Positions 56,598-64,000 of a stretch of DNA of 64,000 bases are shown one piece after another; within the stretch, counting starts at the first letter, position 1, and each line of letters begins with the position of its first letter. The DNA lies in assembly GCA_019247515.1 (NCBI GenBank), contig JAFAOS010000252.1, positions 138-64,137 on the forward strand, in the 5' to 3' direction. The position numbers were made by a program, and so were the translations under genes. The notes beneath the pieces were generated by a model. That model did no database searches and was not told the DNA's origin. It saw nothing but the letters and a program-made list of their open reading frames with translations. The stretch is from Chloroflexota bacterium (GTDB lineage: Bacteria; Chloroflexota; UBA6077; CF-72).

Positions 56598-57489
56598 TAT
56601 CTCAATAGTTACTCCATCGTTCAACCAGGGACGCTTTATCGAGCGCACTATTCGGAGCGTGCTCGAACAAGAGTTCGACGGACGGGCCCTGGAATATGTC
56701 GTCGTCGATGGCGCCAGTACCGATGACACCGTTGAGGTCCTGCAACGATTCGGCAAGCGGCTGAGCTGGGTCTCCGAGCCGGATCGGGGCCAGGCGCATG
56801 CCGTCAACAAGGGGCTGGCCATGACCTCGGGACAGATCATCGGCTGGCTGAACTCAGATGATATCTACTATCCAGGCGCGTTCCGGAGTATCTGGCAATG
56901 CTTCGCCGCGCATCCGGAGGTCGATCTCGTCTACGGTGATGCAAACCATATCGGCACGGATGACGCCGTGCTCGAGCCGTACTACACCGAGCCGTGGGAC
57001 TTCGAGCGGCTCAAAGACGTCTGCTATCTTTGCCAACCAGCAGTGTTCTTCCGGCGCCGCCTGTTTCAGCGTATTGGCGGCATGGATGAGCGGCTGCACT
57101 TCTGCATGGACTACGACTACTGGGTTCGAGCTGCACTGTCAGAAGCGCATTTTGAATACCTGCCAATTACGCTCGCCGGCTCGCGTTGGTACCCGGAGAA
57201 CAAAACGGTCAGTGGCTGGGCCGCCAGTCACGCGGAGATCAACGACGTACTGTTGCGTCGACTTGGCTACGTGCCTGACCGCTGGATCTTCAACTACGCG
57301 CATGTGGTCCTCCGGCAATCACGTCTCCGTGAAGAGGATCGGCTACGCTTTACGATTCTGGTTTCCGCGCTTTCTATGTATGCATCCCTGCGATGGAATC
57401 ACCGCATTACGCCGGGGGTCCTCGGCACAGTCAGGCACTGGGTAGGAGGCACAGTTCGGAGTTCGCTCCAACAGGCGTGGGCGCGGTGA
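56590..57489 (+). CDS. Glycosyltransferase family 2
   Basis: SIVTPSFNQG, VDGASTD, WLNSDD, MDYDYW. Confidence 0.93.
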   Translation: MPDISIVTPSFNQGRFIERTIRSVLEQEFDGRALEYVVVDGASTDDTVEVLQRFGKRLSWVSEPDRGQAHAVNKGLAMTSGQIIGWLNSDDIYYPGAFRSIWQCFAAHPEVDLVYGDANHIGTDDAVLEPYYTEPWDFERLKDVCYLCQPAVFFRRRLFQRIGGMDERLHFCMDYDYWVRAALSEAHFEYLPITLAGSRWYPENKTVSGWAASHAEINDVLLRRLGYVPDRWIFNYAHVVLRQSRLREEDRLRFTILVSALSMYASLRWNHRITPGVLGTVRHWVGGTVRSSLQQAWAR

Positions 57490-58649
57490 AAATCGGGTTC
57501 GACGTGAGCCAGACGGGGCGTCTCAAAGCGGGTTGCGGCTATTTCGCGGATAGTCTCATTCAGCATCTCGTAAAAGAGACCGTGGATGAATATGTGCTCT
57601 ACCCGACTTTCGGCGACAACGTTTGGGATGAAGAATGGCCGACGGCGACGCGCTTCTTTTCTGATAGATGGAACGTCCACCGCGGGCTGGGCCACAGATC
57701 GAGCGAGGACCTTGAAGCATTCTGGCGCAATCCACCTGACGATTTGGATGAGCAGCTCGGGCAACCGGACATCGTGCATGCAAACAACTTCTACTGTCCT
57801 ACCCGATTGCGGAGGGCGCGAATCGTCTACACGTTGCACGACCTGGCATTCACCGTCTATCCTGAGTGGACGACCGAGGTCAACCGAACAGCGTGCTTCA
57901 GCGGCGTCTTCAACGCAAGCCTGTATGCTGATCACATCGTCGCCAACTCCGAATACACGCGACGGCATTTCTTGGAAACGTTTCCGCACTACCCGCCCCA
58001 GCGAATTAGCGTCGTGTACCCTGGCAGTCGATTCACTGGCCCCGCCCAACCGACACGTCCGGCTACACTGCCGTATCTCGAAGCGGGCCAGTTCTGGCTA
58101 ACGGTCGGGACCGTCGAACCACGCAAGAACTACATCCGTTTGCTGCAAGCGTACGCACGTCTTCGTGCCAGTGTTGCCAATTGTCAGCCGCTGGTCCTGG
58201 TGGGCGGTAAAGGCTGGCTAATGCATGAACTGGATGTGTATCTGGAAGAATTTGGACTTCTCGGCAGCGTCGTCTATCTCGGCTACGTGGACGACGAGAC
58301 GCTACAGTGGCTGTACGAGAATTGCCTCGCATTCTGCTATCCGTCTCTTTTCGAGGGCTTCGGCATGCCTGTCGCCGAAGCCATGAGTCTGGGAGCGGCA
58401 ACTATCGTCTCTGACGCCACCTCGTTACCGGAGATCGCCGGCGGAGCTGGACTCCTCGTGGACCCCGAGGACACGGAGCAAATCGCGAGCGCGATGCGTA
58501 CTCTCGCGGAAAATAGCGCGTTGCGGACATCGATACAGCACAAGGTGCTAGAAGCCTGCAAGAGATTCACATGGGAGCGCGCGGCGGCTCGGGTCAGCGA
58601 TATCTATCGGGCTGTGCTCGAGCACCCGGCCTTCGAAAGCCGGGTGTGA
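57486..58649 (+). CDS. Glycosyltransferase family 4
   Basis: TLHDL, GTVEPRKN, PSLFEGFGMPVAEAM. Confidence 0.93.
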   Translation: MKIGFDVSQTGRLKAGCGYFADSLIQHLVKETVDEYVLYPTFGDNVWDEEWPTATRFFSDRWNVHRGLGHRSSEDLEAFWRNPPDDLDEQLGQPDIVHANNFYCPTRLRRARIVYTLHDLAFTVYPEWTTEVNRTACFSGVFNASLYADHIVANSEYTRRHFLETFPHYPPQRISVVYPGSRFTGPAQPTRPATLPYLEAGQFWLTVGTVEPRKNYIRLLQAYARLRASVANCQPLVLVGGKGWLMHELDVYLEEFGLLGSVVYLGYVDDETLQWLYENCLAFCYPSLFEGFGMPVAEAMSLGAATIVSDATSLPEIAGGAGLLVDPEDTEQIASAMRTLAENSALRTSIQHKVLEACKRFTWERAAARVSDIYRAVLEHPAFESRV

Positions 58650-58815
58650 CAGACCGATAACTTGAGACGATCTACGGAATCCCCAGGCCGCCGCTTCAGG
58701 TCGGCCGCGTCGCAATTCCACTCAGAAGGGTACCAGTTGCCAAAGTTGACGAGTTCGACACAAATACCCCAGCAGTGGGCAAAGCCCATCATCAGGTGGC
58801 AAACAGGGCAATACC

Positions 58816-59529
58816 ATGACGCACGACCAATTAGCTGAGCGAATTGCCTCGAAGCAGTGGTATCACATCATAGAAGTCAGTCCAGGACTCAGGACGCCAG
58901 GTCGGTACGATCCAAGTCCGCTCCTCGATACTATGGGGTTTCCGAAGGATTTGACTGGGAAGACCGTACTGGACATTGGGTCGTACGATGGTTTCTTCGC
59001 GTTTGAGGCGGAAAAAAGAGGAGCTCAGCGCGTATTAGCGACGGACCGGCACCCAGCTGATCATGCTGGATTTGCGATCGCGCGCGAACTTCGCGGCTCC
59101 AAGGTGGAATACCAGCCCACCTCAGTTTATGATCTGTCACCGGAAGTTCACGGCACCTTCGACGTCGTTTTGTTCCTCGGAGTCTTGTATCACCTGCGTC
59201 ATCCTCTTCTTGCGATGGACAAGATACACAGTGTCTGTCGGGAGTACATGTTTCTAGAATCACATGTTCTCGACAATGCGTTTGTTTTCGACGGGAACCA
59301 GTACAATTCGGCAGAATTACATCCGAACCTGGTTCAGTCTCCTATCATGCAGTTCTATCCTGGTGATGAGCTGAACCAGGATCTATCGAACTGGTTTGCG
59401 CCAAATATCAAGTGCGTGGAATTGATGCTCGGCTCTTCGGGCTTTCGGCCGAGACTCGTTGGGCAGTGGGCAGATCGAGCCTCCTTTCTGGCGGATAGGC
59501 AGGAATTCGTCCAGCCTTTTTGGTACTGA
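58816..59529 (+). CDS. Class I SAM-dependent methyltransferase (DUF1698/CmoB-like)
   Basis: WYH, GKTVLDIGSYDGFF, FDVVLFLGVLYHLRHP. Confidence 0.88.
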   Translation: MTHDQLAERIASKQWYHIIEVSPGLRTPGRYDPSPLLDTMGFPKDLTGKTVLDIGSYDGFFAFEAEKRGAQRVLATDRHPADHAGFAIARELRGSKVEYQPTSVYDLSPEVHGTFDVVLFLGVLYHLRHPLLAMDKIHSVCREYMFLESHVLDNAFVFDGNQYNSAELHPNLVQSPIMQFYPGDELNQDLSNWFAPNIKCVELMLGSSGFRPRLVGQWADRASFLADRQEFVQPFWY

Positions 59530-59538
59530 CGAAACTGG

Positions 59539-59604
59539 ATGACGATGACAGATGCGAACACGCGAGTCAAGCTTGCGACGGTCTCCACACGGAACTCGAC
59601 GAAG
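59539..59604 (+). pseudogene. 5' stub of an FkbM methyltransferase paralog
   Basis: MTMTDANTRVKLAT matches MTITGANTRVDLAT at 61009, then frameshifts. Confidence 0.65.
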
Positions 59605-59652
59605 TTGGGCGCATCGCCTCGAAGGCCAACCGCGAGTGTGAGGAGGTAACCA

Positions 59653-60825
59653 GTGAATGTGAAAGTTCCACCTGATTGCCTGTTCTATCAGGCCATAGAG
59701 CTACCTGGCATAGGGCTCATCGATGGATCATGGGACCATCGAGAGACCGCGGACGACTATTTAGGCCACGTTGATTTCTCCGGTAGGCGGGTTCTAGACG
59801 TTGGACCTGCCAACGGGTTCTTCTCGTTCGAAATGGAACGTCGCGGTGGAGAGGTCACGGCCCTTGATCTAGGACCGGAGGGTGACTGGGACGCGGTCCC
59901 ACAGCCATATCTCGAATCCACATTCGTGGTTGGGAATCTGAGACAAAATGTACAACGCGCGGAGAATGCGTTTTGGTTCGCACACCGAACACTCAATTCG
60001 AGGGTGAAGCTTCTCTATGGCTCCGTTTATGATACGCCGGCACTGATCTCCCAGGTCGACATTGGTTTAATGGGGAATGTTCTGCAACACCTTCGTGATC
60101 CCTTTCGGGGTATTGAACGAGTTGCGCAAGTTGTTGCAGATACGCTGATCATCACGGAGGCTGTGTGGTATTCAGACGAGGCTTTCTTAACGATGCCAGC
60201 CATGCGCCTGATTCCAAATGCAGACTCGCCGTACTGCAACCACTCCTGGTGGCAAGTGTCACCAAGGCTGGCGATGGAGATTCTCCGTCTACTGGGGTTC
60301 CCACAGTTGTCGCTTAAGTTCCACGAACAGAGGTTCGTTTCGTCTGCGACGGATAGCGAAGCACGATGGGTTACGCATTTCACAGTGACTGGTAAGAGGC
60401 CGTGCAGGCTTGAGGATCACACAACTTCCGGTGGTGAAGTGCGAGTAGTTTTCCCTGATAACGCCTGGTACTCTGAGGAGCGAGGGTCAGTCCATCGCTG
60501 GCGCTGGTCATCCGAGAGTAGCTCCAGCGTATGGATCGACAATCTCGGTACTCGGGATGATCCAGTGTCAATCGCTTGCGGTTTGGCGAGTTTGCAGCAC
60601 GACACGATCGAGCTGCGGCTGAACGGGTCGATGGTGTGGAGCGGACCAGTCGTCGGGTATCCGACAGGGGTATTCACGACATCTGCAGCGCTAAAGCCTG
60701 GGAGGAACATACTAGAGTTCCGTGCTACCAAACCGGCGAGCCGTTCTGCAGGCGATTCACGTCTCCTTAGCTTTGCCGTCTATGATATCGCGCTTTCAAA
60801 GCAGTTGGGGTGGCCGTCAGTGTGA
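59653..60825 (+). CDS. Class I SAM-dependent methyltransferase with C-terminal beta-rich domain
   Basis: RVLDVGPANGFFSFEME, LQHLRDP; C-terminal W..EE..WRWS..D.R.L pattern; AGGAGG RBS. Confidence 0.85.
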   Translation: MNVKVPPDCLFYQAIELPGIGLIDGSWDHRETADDYLGHVDFSGRRVLDVGPANGFFSFEMERRGGEVTALDLGPEGDWDAVPQPYLESTFVVGNLRQNVQRAENAFWFAHRTLNSRVKLLYGSVYDTPALISQVDIGLMGNVLQHLRDPFRGIERVAQVVADTLIITEAVWYSDEAFLTMPAMRLIPNADSPYCNHSWWQVSPRLAMEILRLLGFPQLSLKFHEQRFVSSATDSEARWVTHFTVTGKRPCRLEDHTTSGGEVRVVFPDNAWYSEERGSVHRWRWSSESSSSVWIDNLGTRDDPVSIACGLASLQHDTIELRLNGSMVWSGPVVGYPTGVFTTSAALKPGRNILEFRATKPASRSAGDSRLLSFAVYDIALSKQLGWPSV

Positions 60826-60863
60826 CAAGAAGGACGGAGTCTGTCAATTCCCAAACGGCGATT

Positions 60864-61001
60864 TGCTTTGTGCCAAATGTCAGGTGTCTTGAGCTGATGC
60901 TCAGTTCTTCGGGCTTTCGCCCCCGCCTCGTCGGGCAATGGGGAGATCGAGCGTCGTTTATGGCTGATCGGCTGGAATTTGGCCGGCCTGTTTGGTACTA
61001 A
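60864..61001 (+). pseudogene. 3' fragment of a paralog of the 58816-59529 methyltransferase
   Basis: FVPNVRCLELMLSSSGFRPRLVGQWGDRASF...WY versus FAPNIKCVELMLGSSGFRPRLVGQWADRASF...WY. Confidence 0.8.
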
Positions 61002-61008
61002 GCAGCCC

Positions 61009-62073
61009 ATGACGATCACAGGCGCGAACACGCGAGTTGATCTTGCGACGGCCCTACAGAAGGAACTCAGCGAGGTCATTCAATTTAAGTTAGCGGAGCG
61101 GCTCGACAGCAACCGCGTTGGCCTGCTCGACGTCCTGTACGCCTACAGACTGTTTCTGGGCCGCTGGCCTGAGTTCGACTCGATTGACTCCCTCACAGCG
61201 AAAATAGGTTCTAACGACCTACAGAGCTTTGCGCTCGGGTTCGTCACATCGCCGGAGTTCAAGACCCGGTTTCCGCAGGCTTCCGAGGCCCTCGACATGG
61301 TAGTAATGCGAGAAATGGCGGACGGGACGCATCTACATTTCAATCTCGCAGATCTGCAATCCCTACGCATCTCGACGGGGCTGCATGAGCTACCAATTCA
61401 GGAAGGGATGCTGCGCGTTTTGCGGCCGGGAATGAACTGTGTGGATGCGGGAGCGCACATCGGTATGTACTCCCTGCTGATGGGCAGGACTGTGCGACCG
61501 CCTGTTGCAAGGTGGTGGCGCGGTGGTGGTGGCGGCAAGGTGTACAGCTTTGAGCCGTTTCCGAGAACTTGGCCGCTGCTTCTGCGCAATATCAATGCGA
61601 ATCATTTGCAAAACACGGTGGTCGCGACAAATGCAGCTTGTCACGCCCATCCTGGGCGGGGCCGCATGTTCAAGAATCCCCACGACCCTGGCAATTTGGG
61701 AGAAGTATTCGTCCGAGCGGGTGCATCAGGCGATGCCACCGGAACGGCGGAAGTCGACCTGGTGCGAGTCGACGACGTGGTCCCGAGTTACGTACGGATC
61801 GGTTTAGTCAAAATCGACATCGAAGGGTCTGAGCCCGCCGCGATGGAGGGCATGCAGCGGATCCTGCATCGAGACCGTCCGATCATTTTCACCGAATTCA
61901 ACCCCGGTGCACTGGAATCGATCGGCGACATGACTGCGGCCGAGTATCTCGGGTTCCTCGAGGAGGCCGGGTATCGGTGTCGAGAAGTGGATAACTTCCT
62001 ATTGGATAACGCGACGGAATACGAGTATCAAGAAGGAGACAAGACGACTAACTTGGTCTGCGAGCCGAAGTGA
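61009..62073 (+). CDS. FkbM family methyltransferase
   Basis: VDAGAHIG, YSFEP, VKIDIEGSE, EFNP; N-terminal AYRLFLGR..SPEF domain. Confidence 0.9.
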   Translation: MTITGANTRVDLATALQKELSEVIQFKLAERLDSNRVGLLDVLYAYRLFLGRWPEFDSIDSLTAKIGSNDLQSFALGFVTSPEFKTRFPQASEALDMVVMREMADGTHLHFNLADLQSLRISTGLHELPIQEGMLRVLRPGMNCVDAGAHIGMYSLLMGRTVRPPVARWWRGGGGGKVYSFEPFPRTWPLLLRNINANHLQNTVVATNAACHAHPGRGRMFKNPHDPGNLGEVFVRAGASGDATGTAEVDLVRVDDVVPSYVRIGLVKIDIEGSEPAAMEGMQRILHRDRPIIFTEFNPGALESIGDMTAAEYLGFLEEAGYRCREVDNFLLDNATEYEYQEGDKTTNLVCEPK

Positions 62074-62261
62074 TGTTGTGCACACGGGAGTTGCTCGGGC
62101 GATCCGCTTAGACAGACACCGGTTTTAGGCGCAGAACAATGGGCGACCTGGCTTTCGAATACTTTGGTATTGCCAAGCGTCCCTGCGAGGCGCAAGGCAT
62201 CGCCGCGGCTCTGGCTGCGGTGACTGTCCACCCTAGACGCCTAACCAGGAAGTGAGGATGT

Positions 62262-63251
62262 ATGAATACAAAGGTGTTGATAACCGGCGCTGGCGGCTTT
62301 ATTGGACATCATTTGACGCGGCTGCTTGTCGAGCGGGGCTATTGGGTACGGGGAGTGGACCTCAAGTACCCCGAGTATGAGGCCAGCGCCGCGCACGAGT
62401 TTAAGCTTCTCGACCTGCGACGCTGGGAGAACACGATACGCGCGACCGAGGGGATCGACGAGGTCTACAATCTCGCCGCCAATATGGGCGGTATCGGTTT
62501 CATCGAGTCCCACAAAGCGGAGATCATGCACGATTCCGCCTTGATCAATCTGCATATGATCGAGGCAGCCAGGACAAACGGTGCCCAGCGCTTCCTGTTC
62601 TCCTCGTCGGCTTGTGTCTACCCCGGCTACCTACAACAAAGTGCCGATGTAACGCCGCTAAAGGAGGACGACGCCTACCCCGCGGATGCTGAAGATGGGT
62701 ACGGTTGGGAGAAGCTGTTCATGGAGCGGCAGTGTCGGCATTACCGCGAGGACTATGGACTCGCAACACGGATTGTGCGTTTCCACAATATCTACGGCGA
62801 GCTCGGCACTTATGACGGCGGTCGCGAGAAATCGCCTGCCGCCATCTGCCGCAAAGTTGCGCTCGCAGGCAACAACGATGAGATTGAGGTCTGGGGAGAT
62901 GGCGAGCAGACGCGGTCGTACTGCTACGTCGGCGACTGTGTAGAAGGAATACACCGCTTGATGCGGAGTGATTACCCGGATCCCCTCAACCTCGGCACCG
63001 ATCGATCGGTCACGATCAACGAACTGGTGGACATTGTTTCGGGGATTGCTGGCAAGTCCATTGAGAAGCGATACGACCTCAGCAAGCCCCAGGGTGTCCG
63101 GGGACGCAACTCGGACAACAGTCGGCTGCGCGCTGTGCTGAATTGGGAACCGAACGTCAGCTTGGAGGTCGGACTGGGACGAACCTACGAATGGATTCGA
63201 GATGAATTGGCCAAGGAAGGCCGATTGCAGTCGACTGTTGTAACGGCTTGA
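62262..63251 (+). CDS. NAD-dependent epimerase, GDP-mannose 3,5-epimerase-like
   Basis: TGAGGFIG, LAANMGGIGFI, SSACVYP, YGWEK, GGREKSPAAICRK, GVRGRNSDN. Confidence 0.88.
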   Translation: MNTKVLITGAGGFIGHHLTRLLVERGYWVRGVDLKYPEYEASAAHEFKLLDLRRWENTIRATEGIDEVYNLAANMGGIGFIESHKAEIMHDSALINLHMIEAARTNGAQRFLFSSSACVYPGYLQQSADVTPLKEDDAYPADAEDGYGWEKLFMERQCRHYREDYGLATRIVRFHNIYGELGTYDGGREKSPAAICRKVALAGNNDEIEVWGDGEQTRSYCYVGDCVEGIHRLMRSDYPDPLNLGTDRSVTINELVDIVSGIAGKSIEKRYDLSKPQGVRGRNSDNSRLRAVLNWEPNVSLEVGLGRTYEWIRDELAKEGRLQSTVVTA

Positions 63252-63354
63252 GCCCGAACAGATTCCTTGCTCTGGCGCGTGCGACAAGTCACGGTGTCGC
63301 GACAGTGTGATAACGAGTCGGCCGTTGGGACGTGTGCGTCGAGGCGATTGCTGA

Positions 63355-64000
63355 ATGCCAGCTATAGACCGAATTGGCCACAAGCGCGAGCCGAGCGTTT
63401 TGATCATGAACGTCGACCTGCCCCAGTTTCCGGGCCGCGCGGGCCACGAGTTTCTGAACACAACCTGCTTGCGGCCACTCGTCGAGCGTTTGGGATTGGT
63501 TTCGCTAATCCATACATCGGAACAGCTCGCACATTCTCGCAAGCTTGAAGAAGCCGGGATTGACCTTTATGCGTGGACCCTGAGCGACTGGTCGGATCAG
63601 CGTCCTGATCGCCCTCCGACCGCCCTGTCTCGGCGCATTTTGAGGCGTGGCCTGCGCGAGTTGCTCAGTTTCCTGGGCAGCCTCGATCTGAGACCGCGTG
63701 ACCTGAGGATTCAGGACTATCAGTTTCGCAACGTTGCGCCCGCGCTCCTCCAGGCTCTCGGAGAGCAGCAATGGCAGGTCGCGGTAGTCATCCAGAGCTC
63801 AATTGCTCAGTGGTTGGACTACCTTCCAAGACTTCCCGCGACGGTATTGGTCCTGCACGACGTGCGATCGCTTCTGTATCAGCGGAGGGCTCGCGCCGCG
63901 GCTTCTTTCGGCCGACGGTTGAGATACTGGCTTGAAGCTCGCCGGTATCGACGTTACGAGCGGAAGTACTGTCAACAAGTAGAGCTCGTTGTGACCGTAT
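63355..64000 (+). CDS. Partial ORF, probable glycosyltransferase (runs off the window)
   Basis: Open frame MPAIDR..SVLIMNVDLPQFPG..VLVLHDVRS to the window end; operon context. Confidence 0.6.
   Translation, partial: MPAIDRIGHKREPSVLIMNVDLPQFPGRAGHEFLNTTCLRPLVERLGLVSLIHTSEQLAHSRKLEEAGIDLYAWTLSDWSDQRPDRPPTALSRRILRRGLRELLSFLGSLDLRPRDLRIQDYQFRNVAPALLQALGEQQWQVAVVIQSSIAQWLDYLPRLPATVLVLHDVRSLLYQRRARAAASFGRRLRYWLEARRYRRYERKYCQQVELVVTV

Overview
High-GC bacterial chromosomal segment; the gene content and the Pro/Ala-rich Tat lipoprotein suggest a soil Chloroflexota-like organism (inference). Positions 1-45,300 hold tightly packed metabolic and regulatory genes: two half-size MetE-type enzymes, redox proteins, an orphan solute-binding lipoprotein, aromatic/acyl-CoA catabolic enzymes, GNATs, MFS and metal transporters, glgC and a two-component system. 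This part also holds a tmRNA (ssrA, 32639-33056) with an unusually long 30-codon tag, followed by a decayed corA. At least five families of non-coding palindromic/MITE-like repeats are scattered through the window. One has landed in frame inside a GNAT gene and two supply stop codons to neighbouring genes. From about 46,100 to the end runs a lower-GC, ABC-transporter (Wzm/Wzt)-type surface polysaccharide operon. It is headed by a divergent RfaH/NusG-paralog gene and an exact ops-consensus element (GGCGGTAGCATG) in a structured leader, which suggests an RfaH-ops antitermination system outside its classical enterobacterial setting. No CRISPR array, integrase or transposase is visible. All calls are from motif recognition by eye; no database searches were run.
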